From positions 71,743 to 135,742 of the forward strand of contig RDEW01000016.1 of the NCBI GenBank assembly GCA_011109175.1: a DNA stretch of 64,000 nt. The letters run 5' to 3'. Made by a program: the position numbers and the translations under genes. This document shows, in pieces, positions 12,970 through 25,595 of the stretch (positions are counted from its first letter, which is position 1; each line of letters begins with the position of its first letter). This DNA comes from Dicyema japonicum. Lineage: Eukaryota > Animalia > Dicyemida. A model generated the notes under the pieces. It ran no database searches and was not told the origin of the DNA. It saw only the letters and a list, made by a program, of their open reading frames with translations.

Positions 12970-14110
12970 CATAGCATGGTGTTGTTCACCTGTTGTTTTG
13001 GTGGCGGTCTGTGAAAAGAACCCTTCGACATTGCCTGCCCTTCTACGACTTTCAGAAGGGTGGCCTACAAATTTCCCCGTATTCGCTTTTCTACTTCTGG
13101 CTGGTGATATAGAACCTAATCCGGGTCCTGACTCTACACTGATTATTCTACAATTAAATGGAATCCCTAATAAAGTTTTGCAAGTACGCTCGCTCTCATC
13201 CCATTTGAAACTGGACATTGCCCTCATTCAAGAATCTAAGCTCTCTAGAACATCCTCCACCCTCTGTTTTCCTGGATATTGTGTACTTCGCAAGGACTGG
13301 ACATGAAGTCTTGGAGGAGGATTATTGACAATCGTTAAGTATGGACTTCATTAACGGATGTCACCTCATTTGTTTCTTTTCTTAGCTAAGGAACAAATTT
13401 TTAGTGATGTGTCCCTTTCCCCGACGAGATGGTTTACGTAATGTCTATATCCCTCCTCAGGGGTTGTGTGCTACTTACCTCTCTCGGGATGTTCGTTATG
13501 GTTTTTTCAAGCGACCATAACCCAATTGTGTTAAGACTCAATTGACATATTTGTTTGTCAAGATGTTCTACGAAGTTCAAGAACTATTCAAGGGCGTTTG
13601 TTGACAGCGGTTTATTAGACTTTGCTGTTGAATAGATGTCCTATTGACAAAGCAGTCTAGATATTGTTTCCAACATCCCGCACGTCATAAAACGAAATGG
13701 AAACCCGACCGAATGTTTATCCCCCGATCGTTTTACAAAAACTTTAATCCGAAACTATGATCGAGCTTCTTGGCACTTATCAAGAAACGGAATGCCTTGA
13801 AGAAAACCGGAATCCAATCAGACGTCTATATCATCATAAACTCTTGTGTCTATTGATATATAAAAAGCATTCGACTCTGTTTCGAGGACACTCCTAACGA
13901 AAAAATCAAGACTACTCCAAAATGGGGTCCCAAAAGTTCCCCTTTGTCTCCTCTCTTATGTAACTCACTTCTACACGATTTACCTACCACCAAAGATGCT
14001 TTTATCTTACGCGGACGACCGGATTATCGCTGCAGGGGATAAATCTCCTTCCAGGGCGGTGGTTCAGTCACACCTCAACCAGATTTGTGACTGGCTATCC
14101 TTGAATTTGC
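12970..14110 (+). mobile_element. Internally deleted APE-type LINE (Ingi/I-like) with a 2A-like motif
   Basis: LLLAGDIEPNPGP (13106-13129 for DIEPNPGP) directly precedes an APE start (IILQLN...DIALIQESKL). An RT remnant LQNGVPKSSPLSPLL...YADD lies at ~13915-14020. Confidence 0.75.
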
Positions 14111-14129
14111 TGTCTGTTCTCACTATTCA

Positions 14130-14310
14130 CTAGGGTAAGGAGATTTAAAGGTGGACTCGAGGTAGTTTTCAGAGAAACGGCGGTAGAGGAATTTATATCG
14201 ACCATAAAAGTGTACTCCGATAGAATTCCTCTGCAGACATAAAGAAGGCACTTACGAAGGAAATTGGGTCGCTGGCGAATTCGAGGAATGTTGTAGACTG
14301 GGATCACCTA
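14130..14310 (-). other. Possible small spliced ORF of unknown function
   Basis: A canonical-looking 25-nt intron gtaagtgccttctttatgtctgcag lies between open stretches. No recognisable homology. Confidence 0.25.
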
Positions 14311-16393
14311 ATTAGTGAGTTAATTTTTTTGGTGTTCTTGTGGTTTTAAAAAAAATAATAAATAAATAACAGCTTTCATGCTGTCATGACTAAGGTGATT
14401 TTTTATGGCAACTAAAATTTCTAAAAATGTCAGCTAAAATAACATTTATGGCATCTTAAATTTCAATACTTGCAGTTGTGGAAACCCCTCCAGTAGAGTG
14501 GGGGAGAGCAAATTCGTGCCGGCCTGGCACTGGGCGCCACCTTGACAGGTGGATCACATATCGCTACTCTAATAGGAAGAGAGAGGAGGAACTGACGAAC
14601 AAACAGAAACTTCAACCAATTAGTCACGAAGCACCACATGGCGCCATGTGGCTAACATCACACATCACACGTGAAATAAATGGCATTTATAGAATCAATA
14701 AATACAACTATCGGAAAATTTATAACTCGACCAAATAAATTTTTCACTTGCGATATCCGATACGGTTCTGCAGGGTCAGTGATCTGTTTCCGAGATAAAC
14801 AAACATATTCTTCAATATGCTTGGCTCCAGCGCGGCAAAGTTTATCAGGCTGGTCGGGCAGCTTTCAGGACTACGGATGAAAGATCCTAGAATGACAGGA
14901 AATTAATAGCGGTAATTAATAGTGTCTGCATCAAAATTAATAGCGAAATTACTTATATGCGAATTATGGCACTAGCATCTCGGACTTTCCTCCTCGTCTT
15001 GGAAATCAAGGATACGATGGTACGCAAGGAGGCGGAGGCCTTTTTCCTGATGAGCCTTGAGGTTTCAACTGCGACAGGCAAGAAGACGAATTGCCTGCGT
15101 AGTTTCATATTTTTTCCATTTCAATGCTTCTGTCTTGGTGGAAGCGAATCCAGGGCAAGTGGTGGTCTGTGTTAAGTCTAGGAGGAGAGCCATCGACGCA
15201 GGTTGCATCCCAAGCTAATGAATAAAAAAAATTATTAAAGTGACAATAATATAGAAAACACGTTCTAGTTGATAAATATTCCTATTTAACTCGTACTTAG
15301 ATAATTTTAACAGTTCTATGAATTTAAATTAGATTGAAAAGATCATTGGCTCCCCCGTTGATTTTATAGACATTGTGAGAGGCAAGGCTGCGTCGATTTA
15401 GTCGAGGGACAGTTAGAAGTTTGTACATTTCAGATTCCATTGTTTAGCATTAGAGGAGAAGCAGTATTCTGATTTAGAAAACGGGGGATCTCTCATTGAG
15501 AATGCTATGAGTAGAATATCAAATTTTTCGAAGAAAATAATCAGATCAACTGTCATCTTGTAAGAGCAGTTTAAGGTGGATTATCCCCAAAGTTAAAAAC
15601 CCCGGACTACCTGGAGTCTGTGAGATCACTAGCTAACAAGAGAAGAGTGTTAAAGGGGCTGGCGTCATGTGAAAGTGGTTATCGAATGTTATGGGGATCT
15701 AAATATAAAATCGTTATATTTCCAGCATATTCGAGTGATCGATATTAAGGGGAACTCCTCCAGTGGTATAGGTGAAAGAGATCCTCACTGAGTGTACTAG
15801 AACCACATAACTAGCTCAACCTCTCGATTAATCAACAAATTGATAAAAAGCCACTTCTTCCAGTTTATCGATTATATTGTTATACATCATTAATCAGTAT
15901 TATTAACATAAATGACAATTCTATTAATCTTCGCTGACATAATCGACGCTCAGTTGCCTCCCTTATAGCAATAGAGATCAACTCGAGGAGCTACGAGGTT
16001 CTACGGACTGAGCGTTCCAAGACGTCAAGGCAATTGAGGAAAAACAAAGACTTTCGCTTATCGCTTAAGTTGTCTGACTACAATCGCACGTAACGTGAAT
16101 GGTAGAGGAGTCCTTGTCATTTCTACCATTTAACAATTTCTACATTTTTTATAGTGAAAATAAAAAAATGGTTTCCACCTACTAGACTGGGTTGTTTACA
16201 TTGCAAGCCTTCATACATAAGTATAATCTCCGCAGATTTTTTGCGGTTTATTTTTCCAATTTCAGGAATTTTTTAATCTAAATCAATAGTAGAGATTAAA
16301 TTTCGCAATTTACTTATATTAAAATTTAAAATTAAAAACATAAAAATTTAAATAATTAAAAAATTATTTATACCGTATTTGTTTTGTCGTTAG

Positions 16394-17439
16394 ATGCCTC
16401 CACGTCTCGTAGAATCGATTATAACTGAGAAAGATGAACTTGGCTTGGAACAAGACGAAACCTACCTTGATCAGACCGCAAAGGGGGAGTATAAGTACCG
16501 ATATGTGTGGATAAATATCCTGGTAATGGCATACTTCCACATCGGAGCTATATATGCTCTTTTCTTTCTCTCCTGGCGCTGTCGTGCTTACACGTTAATT
16601 TTTGGTTTTATTTGGTGACAATTTAGCCGTTGGACTTTATGCTTATTCCGCTCTGGGATCACCGCTGGCGCACACAGACTGTGGTCCCATCGGGCTTACA
16701 AGGCGAGGATTCCGTTGAGAATATTTCTGATGATTGCAAACTCGCTGGCTGCACAGAATTCCATCCTCGAATGGAGCAAGGATCACAGAGTGCATCATAA
16801 ATACTCCGAGACCGACGCTGACCCCCACAACGCCATGAGAGGCTTCTTCTTCTCTCACGTGGGCTGGCTCCTCGTTTAGAAAGCACCCTGAAGTTATCTC
16901 TAAGGGAAAACGCATTGACTTTAGTGATTTGGAGAATGACGTTGTTGTTGCTTTCCAGCATAGGTTTTGTTGAATGTGATTGTAGGCATTACCTTGTGTT
17001 TTATTTCCTCTGCTGTTTTATTCTGCCGACCTTAATCCCCTACTTTCTCTGGTCGGAGACCCTCTGGAACTCCTTTTATATCGCTGGAATCTTCAGGTAC
17101 GTTTTCACGTTGAACTGTACTTGGCTGGTCAACTCGTTGGCCCATACAATCGGAATGAGGCCGTATGACGGGTCTATCGGCCCGGTGGAGAATTTGTGTG
17201 TGATTTTGGGGGCGTTCGGGGAAGGGTTCCATAATTTCCACCACACTTTCCCCCACCATTACGCGACGTCTGAGTTTGGAGTACACTTCAACCCGACCAC
17301 AGTGTTTATTGATTTCATGGCTTATATTGGACAAGCCTATGATTTGAAGACTGTTCCCGAAACTGTTATTTCCAAGACGATGGAGAAGTATGGCGATGGC
17401 AGCAAGGGGTTATTTCCACATCTCAAGGGACGTGTTTAA
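16394..17439 (+). CDS. SCD: Stearoyl-CoA (delta-9) desaturase
   Basis: Three His boxes (HRLWSH, HRVHH, HNFHH). Introns 16605-16626 and 16964-16985 (22 nt each). Two homopolymer frameshifts (~16656, ~16876). Confidence 0.95.
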
Positions 17440-18039
17440 TTAGTTAATACTAACATGAGGTTTGCTTTTTCTTTACTCGATTTGTTCTTTGTTTTGTAAT
17501 AATAGTGTCATCTTGTCTTTGATAACAAAAAAAGGAGGAGGGGAATGGCCTCTCGATCATTGAGCTTGACTGTAAATCATGTCCTTTGCGTGTAAAAAGT
17601 GTCGCATTCATAGAAGCCATGATACTTGCAGGTCGTGTGTACGGGACACGCACTTTGTTTTAAGAAGGAGATCATTTATGATAGAGAACAGTAATGAAGG
17701 GGACCTAGGAATGTTCTTTGATTTTTATAGTTAGTTACCCCGACCTCATTAACATGTAGGAGGCTGGTTGCCATGAAACATCTATCTACGACTACTGGGC
17801 GCTCCCACAAGTCCCTTAGTGTCATTGGTGGTCTTTGTCCTGAAAGGATATCACCAATAACTTTTACACGTGAGTCTGTAAACAATCCTGTTTAGCAGCA
17901 AGGTATTACTGATGACGGGGTCACTTGTCAAGTCAGGATCATGGAAGCTTCAGCCGTAACAAACAGCTGCGTCATCTTTTTTTAAATGAATTTAATATTT
18001 GTTTGTTCATGAGAACCCTGATTAGATGAAGCAGGAGTT

Positions 18040-18520
18040 AGTTTACATTAACCACGGAATAATTTTGCATTAATGCTCAAATTAATTGCTTATGTAAATT
18101 TTACTAGATTATCCACAATAATCACGACAGAGTGTAACGGGCGCCAGGCAAGATGCCTGATGGCCCATAGTTCGAATTCTCGCTGCTGTACATTCCGGTT
18201 GGAGGTTCCACGCATCTACGATACTTTGGCTTGGCGATTGACGCCATCATCAGTGAACATTTCACTGCGGAACCGGATCGTCTACAACTCAATTTCATTT
18301 TTAACATTGACATGTGCATTGACTAACGTCATAAAGGCATTAGTAACAAATGTTCCAGCTCCCAAGAACAGTGTGCATTGCCACGGACGATTCCCAGTCT
18401 GCGTAAAAAGGGCTGAGTCGTGCCGCAATCACATTTCCGATTTTGTTGACGACCTCTTCACTCATTATTTCTCCATTCACATAAATCTGAATTCAATTAT
18501 CCCCCAAATATCATGAGCCA
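18040..18520 (-). mobile_element. Possible piggyBac-like transposase C-terminal relic
   Basis: Degenerate GNRPWQCTLFLG...VTNAFM and CLAPVTLCRDYC..KIY resemble the PGBD C-terminus and Cys-rich tail. A related piece occurs at ~20430-20480. Confidence 0.35.
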
Positions 18521-18529
18521 TTATGGGAT

Positions 18530-19240
18530 AACTATCTCATCCAAGACATTCACTTATGAACCAGAATGTTCTGGAACTCTTTAGTAAAAGATCACTGTTA
18601 TTCGCTCAAAATTTAATGCTCGTTGAGCCAATAAATCAATAATCATTTAATTCCGTTCACAACTATAAATCGTGATAAATTAGCATTATCAAACCAAGCC
18701 CTAAGTGACTATTATTATCATCATATATCATGTTAGCAATCAGTTCAATTCAATCACACCCAGCAATTACGACCACAGTGAATACAAATGAATACATGTG
18801 GCTACTTGACTGAAGAAAATCACAACTATTTGCGCAGTATAAGTGGACTTGAATTCTCCGAGAAATTGATACCGCAATCTCGTTAAGATTCTGAGATCCT
18901 CAGGAGCGGCTTTGATTCCGTGAACGCCTAGGGATCGTAACTTTGAATAGATGTTTCTTTTGAATGCCGGCCAGGCATTGGCGTCTTCTGAGTGAAATGA
19001 ATCCATTGATGTCACCAGAGAAAAGGAAGAGAAATCTTCAATCGGGTAGCCACATGGTTCGGGAGTTGCGTTGATTCTGCGACGTCTTAGCATTCTTGGT
19101 TACTGACCTTTTATTTCTTCGACGTCCTATTTTCGTTTGGTGTCCATTATGGCCTCCAAAGACGAGAATAAAACCAAACTGACTAATTCCGTAATCCATA
19201 CGCGTGCCGTAGATCCTTATCGTCCCAACTTTCAGATTAA
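18530..19240 (-). pseudogene. Unidentified gene-like segment C, repeated in the array (28190-28560, 33000-33620, 38040-38220, 42560-43200)
   Basis: ORF 18767-19093 plus an upstream exon across a 22-nt GT-AG intron. Homologous peptide GVHGIKxAPEDLR in ORF 42735-43043. Confidence 0.5.
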
Positions 19241-19399
19241 CTGGAGATTCCTATCATTCATGTAGGGCTCCAACGACTGCTAAAAAGGNNNNNNNNNNNN
19301 NNNNNNNNNNNNNNNNNNNNNNNNNNNNNNNNNNNNTATTTCTTCGACGTCCTATTTTCGTTTGGTGTCCATTATGGCCTCCAAAGACGAGAATAAAAC

Positions 19400-19910
19400 C
19401 AAACTGACTAATTCCGTAATCCATACGCGTGCCGTAGACCCTAATCGTCCCAACTTTCAGATGAACTGGAGATTCGTATCACTCATGTAGGTGCTCCAAC
19501 GACTGCTAAAATAGGTGGCTTAGTATTGTATTTAAAAGAAACAATCAAACGATGGTCATAAGCAGCCGCCTCACTGCATAGCTATTCCCTCAAAGGATGG
19601 CGGAGGGAATTATTCAAATACCCAACATACCGGATAGAATTCTCATGGATGTAAATATCAGATTCCCCCGAATCTTTGGTTTTAAAAAGTCATAGATGCA
19701 ATGGAATTGGACGTTCTTACTGCGAGTGGAACAAAAAATATCTTCTGGTAGGGCCTCATTTTGAACTCTCGGCCTTCTAATTAGCAGAGCCTGCTCTAAA
19801 AACACTTTTGTGTGGGATCCAAAGTACGTATGTGTCGGTAAAGGTAACGTCCCAGACAAGAGGTTTCCTGGATGATGTAAATATATCTTTTACGTAATCA
19901 CCTAAATAAT
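19400..19910 (-). pseudogene. Unidentified gene-like segment D, repeated in the array (30450-31120, 36030-36490, 39060-39325, 40820-41280)
   Basis: IFTSSxKPLVW, LPEDxF, GNLIFT and YDHRLI peptides recur across copies, with stops and frameshifts. Confidence 0.45.
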
Positions 19911-20259
19911 AAGTCACGTGATTCTCAAAGACTATATACGGGAAAAAAAGAGACACGAGCTTCCTCGTTCAGAACCTTTTAAATTCTATATTCAAAAAAA
20001 TTTTTTTATAATGAAAATCCAAAAGTAAACAAAACTTAATTATTAAATCACCACCCTTTAATTTTAGTGAGAGCTACTTCCAGNACTCAAAGACTATATA
20101 CGGGAAAAAAAGAGACACGAGCTTCCTCGTTCAGAACCTTTTAAATTCTATATTCAAAAATATTTTTTTATGATGAAAATCCAAAAGTAAACAAAACTTA
20201 ATTATTAAATCACCACCCTTTAATTTTAGTGAGAGCTACTTCCAGAGGATAGACACAGT

Positions 20260-21780
20260 TTTGATATATCAGGCACAGCTGTAAGTGTTGTTGCGACTTT
20301 CATTAAAGCGGATAAAGGTTCATCAGCAAGTCTTGTTCTTTTAGCAGTTTTCGTAAATTTCATAACTTAAAAAAGCTGCACACACATATGTCGAACCAAA
20401 CATAGCAATGATTTTTGTAAAGGGTTTGACGAGTGACGCCGTCATCAGTGGATACTCATTGCGGAACTGGATTGTCTAGAAAGGACCCACACGCAAGAAA
20501 AAGAAAAAAGAAGTGAAGATCTTGGTTCTACGATTAGTTAAAATTAACTGTTCTTTACTTAAATAAAGTGTGTGTCCTGCCTATGCGGAGCTATAGATAT
20601 TATGGCTCTCGTGAAAAGGCTATTAAAAAAATGATTTTTTTTGCAAAGTTTTAAAGTTTTTAAACTTTACAGGGATAAATGAAAAAGCAAGAATTNTAGT
20701 TAAAATTAACTGTTCTTTACTTAAATAAAGTGTGTGTCCTGCCTATGCGGAGCTATAGATATTATGGCTCTCGTGAAAAGGCTATTAAAAAATGATTTTT
20801 TTTTGCATTTTTAAAGTTTTTAAACTTTACAGGGATAAATGAAAAAGCAGGTATTTCAACCTCCAAATATTTAGCTTTAAGCATATAATCTGATCCTATT
20901 TCTAATAGCTCCATTTGTAAGCTTTTATCTGCAATGGAAGCATTAAAATAGAATGGTGATGTGAATAATGAAAATTGTTGTTCAACAGATTAATCTTGAA
21001 TTTCATTAAATCTTTCTTGAATTTCCTTTGACAACGATTCGTCTTGTCTTTCATCTTGGAAAAATACATTACAATATATGAAACAACGTACTCCTGAGCT
21101 CTTTGCACGTAGGAAAATGAACTAAATCTTCATATAATAGCTGAGACTTCCACAATTTTATTTTCGAATTAAACACTCGATTTCACCTGACAACTGAGTT
21201 ATGAGCTTGTCTTTGCCCTGCAATTCCAAATTAAGGTCGTTCATGTGTGGTCAATCCACTGCAAATGCCAAATCTTTGATCCAAGATTTACTTATCATTT
21301 CGTGTGTGTTTTGGCCTTTCATTTTCATAAATAGAGTTATTTCTAGTCTCAACAAATAAATTTTTTAACAACTTTGTGAAGTGACTACCAGTGGACAGGA
21401 GTATAAAAAGGAATGTCGCTGAACTAATTATTCATATCTATCTGCAGTTTACTAAACTGTTGGTGTTGAGGGGATGACCTCTGACATAGTTTACTGTTTT
21501 TGTGACCAAACTAATCGCAGCATGTCGTCCAACCATATTCAGTGAACCATCGGTGCACAACATACAAGCTTCTTCAAATCAACGCCATAGTGAAAGAGAA
21601 TTTGTAGTAGTTTTACAAAGATATCTTTACTTGTAGTAGTTTCGTGCATTGGTACCAGTTCGAGAAATTCTTTGTAAATATTAAAATCTTGCATGTGAAT
21701 GGCACAGAAGAAGCCCAACGAAGTGTTTCAACTGCCAACTCTATTGACACAAATCCTCCTTCTGTAAGGAGAAGAAATGA
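20260..21780 (-). mobile_element. Decayed hAT transposon (GTF2IRD2-like transposase)
   Basis: DIPFYTPVHW, DLAFAVD..HMNDLNLELQGKD and the dimerisation-domain AMFGSTYVC. Confidence 0.8.
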
Positions 21781-21799
21781 TGTCTACGTTGCGCAGGGG

Positions 21800-22620
21800 A
21801 AAACGAGCTGATCTCCTGTGGGGAGACTGAGGGAAACACAATTAATCGCATAAATTGTAGCCAGTCCTCACATTGTGCCAGATATGGGGATGTCCAACCG
21901 CCAAGAAGTATGATCAGAGGAGAGCAACTAAATCGATGGACAGGGGATAATAGGCGATATTGGGAGAACGTGGACAGCGAAGACAGTTACGTCAAAGTCG
22001 GCACCTAAAATTTGTCGAAAATCAACCGAGGCCGCTCCCAATCTATCAGCGGAGGCATACAGGGAAATATCGGAGATTATGTCACGGCTAAACTATTTGT
22101 GCTCGATTGCACACGTGGGTTTAATGGAGATGATGACCTTGGCTTTGAAGAAACAAGGTCACCCAAATGTTTGAAGCAAGGACTAAAAATAATGTTGAAT
22201 GCCCGATCCCTAGGGAAAAGACATAATGAACTAGCACTACTTGCTAGAGCCTCCAAGATCGACATTTTGGTGGTCGAGGATAGCAAATTAAAGAAAGCGA
22301 AGAGTAATATAATGACTGGATACAATTCTATGGCCGTTTTATAGGACGTTGGAGCATTTGCTGGTATGGGGACGTCAATTTTTTATCAGGACTGTCTCGG
22401 AATTTGTATTCCAAAAGTCGTTTGTGATGTATTGTGTGAATTTATAAGCATGGACGTTTGTTGCGACGGAATATAAATTAATGTTGGAGTTCTATACTCC
22501 AAAAATCTTGAGACTTGTTCTGCAGATATCACTGAGTTCTCAACAAGAATCCCTACTATCTTAATTGGCGATATAATTCGATGAACACTAGTATGGTTGT
22601 AGAAAAAAAAATTAGAATGG
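21800..22620 (+). mobile_element. 5' part of an APE-type LINE
   Basis: MLNARSLGKRHNEL...IDILVVEDSKL...ILIGD. Its 5' part recurs, shortened, in every array unit (31510-31730, 36740-37160, 41530-41750). Confidence 0.65.
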
Positions 22621-22877
22621 ACGACGTTTAGAATGATTGATTTAGTTGACCTTGTTTCTTAGATTACCGTCAAGTCCACTTTGTAATCCGTCAGTATAGC
22701 CAGCGACAAAAACTTATCTTCTGATCACATTTTAAAATTTTAACTAATATAAATCGATTATTATTCAAATAATTAAAATTGTTATTCTGAAATGGTTAAC
22801 CATAGATCGTTCTAAAAAAGGGTTATTAGGTCAATAAATATTTATTTGCAAAAGAATTAAAGAAATCACATTCGTGA

Positions 22878-23411
22878 ATGATGGGGATTCGGCAAATAAG
22901 TTTAACGTCTTTTATCTCTTTGGTTAAAGATAAAAGGATTAAGATTTTATTAATAACTATCATTTTGATATGTTTGATTCACAAACTGACAAAGATGAAT
23001 GTGACATTTATTATCAAAAATAAAACGTGTCAATCACTATTGAAAGGAAATCATGAAGTGATTTCAAAGTTGAAGGATGAATCAGACAAAACACGATTGA
23101 GTAATATTCGGGTAACAAACTACGCTGAACCCGCAAAATCAAGTGGATTTTTTTCACTGCCAATCTCTCATGAGGAGCAAGCAATTTCACTGGCCTACTT
23201 GTTGATTATTTACAGAAACTCGAAACAAGTCGAACAACTGCTCAGAACAATTTATAGAACAAATAACCATTATTGTATCCACGTGGATAGAGAATCCGGT
23301 TCAGAATTTCTACAGAGTATAAAAAATTTCACTAGCTGTCTCCCAAATGTGAGTGTCGTTAATACTCATGACGTCAAATGGGGGACAAGCACTACATTGC
23401 TCGCAGAGATA
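22878..23411 (+). pseudogene. 3'-truncated core-2/I-branching beta-1,6-GlcNAc transferase (GT14)
   Basis: Type II TM segment, then PISHEEQAISLAYLLIIYRN...LLRTIY..NHYCIHVD...SCLPNV...VKWG...LLAEI. Homology stops abruptly after that. Confidence 0.8.
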
Positions 23412-23974
23412 AAATACACCCGAGGCCAAAACTCCTTAACTCTTTTGTTAATAAATCTTTAATTATTAAAAATTAGCTTTAGTTGTGTGGTGATGCTTGT
23501 CGTTGAAAAAGGTCCTACAAAGAGGATCACTAGAATCAAAAAGACTATCTCTGGAGAGGTTTTAAAGAAGAGTTGTATTGAAAACGTTAAGGATCTGTTT
23601 TAAAGAAGAGTTGTATTGAAAATATCAAGGTGTTGTCTCTGGAACCTGCTTTTGAATACTCTGGGAATGTTTTTATACAAATCTCTGTTACGTCGAGTAT
23701 GGTAACCATCAAAATCTCTAACGTACTGTACTCGTTAGACTTGACAGGGTCTATCAGATTGAGCCACAAAGGCTCCGGGAACTTCCACTCCAAATTCAGA
23801 ATGTCGTTTTACTAGCATATGCCTTTTCTACAAAAGAAATAGAAGACTCCCTCTTGCGAAAGTTCTAGCTGGATCAAGACCGGAGGCTATATTGCTTGTA
23901 GAGGGTAGCCGAGGCATTTTAAGTGTATAGGAATATCCATGCATATACAACAGCAGTCCTCATGAGCCTTGAGA

Positions 23975-25595
23975 GCGTGTCCATGGATACACGGCGTGCT
24001 AACCCATTCATGTAACTTACAGTGCAAAAAGATATGTGACAGTTGGAAAAAATCTTAGCTGAGGCGGGAGCGAAGACACATGGGAAACCATGTAACTATT
24101 CTAAACAGTTTATTTAACATTTTTTTCATAAAGTTAATAATTAAAAAATCACACATTATTCACTTCACATGCGTCTATCCACTCATTGTAGACATCAGTG
24201 GATTCACTCAAATCTAGGGATATTTCAAAACAGTATTACAGTTGAGAATGCATTGAAACCTCTCCTTGCAGACATTACTAGTAATTGTGCCAACATTCCG
24301 GACATTTTCACTGCGGTAGTGAATAAATCGAAATACAGTTTTACGTAACAGCTTTTTTCGTGACTACAAAAATGGCAGACAAAATATTTATCCAATACCT
24401 TTTAAATTTGTTTCTTAGCAAAAACACGAAGACTTTTTTTCTTCTTCGCCATGCATACAAAAATGATAATATTTAAATTTTAAATAATTTAATTTATAAA
24501 AAAAATATCACTAATAATTAACATTAAGATCTTTGTGCATCGGTTATCGACAAATGTGGGCGTTTCCGACAACAATGGCTATTCCATGGTCCCTTCGCAG
24601 GTCTGCAAGTTGTCCTGTGATAGTTTTCCTGTTTTTTCGTTANGACAAAATATTTATCCAATACCTTTTAAATTAGTTTCGTAGCAAAAACACGGGGACT
24701 TTTCTTCTTCTTCGCCATCCACACAAAGATGATAATATTTAAATTTTAAATAATTTAATTTATAAAAAAATATCACTAATAATTAACATTAAGATCTTTG
24801 TGCATCGGTTACCGACAACAATGGCTATTCCATGGTCCCTTCGCAGGTCTGCTAGTTGTCCTGTGATAGTTTTCCGGTTTTTTCGTTACGGAATTGCTGA
24901 TTGTTTTTTACGTGAGATCTTCTTATCAAAAGAACTGATAGTCATGCCGTCGGGACTATTTCCGTCTCCACTATACAAACTGGGCGAGTTCAATAGCTGC
25001 AGGTAAACCGGCAACCTCTTGTCTACGTGTGTTTAGATCTAAATTAGTTAAAGTTTATGCATAGAGTCGGTATAATTAAGTTTTGCGCCTTACCACAGAT
25101 ACTGATAATCAGATACAATAATATGGACATATGTCTGATCTCGTGCAGATATGATCACGGACAATTTTTTTCAGTGAAAGCATCCACGTTAATTTGAGGA
25201 TGAGATTTTGGAGAGTGTATATAGGCCCCCTGCTTCATCTAGCTACGTTTTGAATTCCTTAGGCCACCTCTTCTTCTGTTCGGATCTCCTTCCTTGTTCT
25301 GAACAGCGCTAAATACATATGACGGATCTCTTGGAGTCTCCGTTCATGGCTGTGACGTTCTCTTTAGCCACCGGTTTCCTTCACTCGGCAAAAGTGGAGG
25401 TAAATAAATAAATTAAAAGTTAATAACTAACTGAATGTAGAAGCACGAGTGCTTGCAATTTTTAAAGAATGATGCCAGCCTTCACAAAAGTTATTGATTT
25501 AGAGTCAGCAACTTATGCTAATTATTTGAATTCTACATCTGGCAGGGAAACGTGGGCAATGACATAGTTGACGGTAGTCGAGATGCCCTTTCCAA
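23975..25595 (-). repeat. Diverged inverted segmental copy of 53100-54595 (ELOF1 and two neighbours), introns retained
   Basis: Reverse-complement alignment by eye, e.g. gacggaaatagtcccga / gacggaaatagacccga and gttctgaacagcgctaaatac / gttctgaacaccgctaaatac. Confidence 0.85.
24149..24452 (-). pseudogene. ELOF1: ELOF1 pseudogene
   Basis: Same two introns as 54130-54432, an early frameshift/stop, and a zinc-ligand Cys changed to Ser (acc tgc to act agt). Confidence 0.85.

Noticed and set aside
14960-15060. Gly-X-Y run (GNQGYDGTQGGGGLF) as a collagen fragment
   Set aside because: It is only five triplets, bounded by stops, with no supporting exons.
1160-16880. Frameshifts in essential genes (NUP98 ~1163; NRAMP ~9126 and ~9862; SCD ~16656 and ~16876) as programmed frameshifting or RNA editing
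   Set aside because: These five are +/-1 indels in short homopolymers with no shared signal, so sequencing or consensus error is far more likely. Raw reads would settle it.
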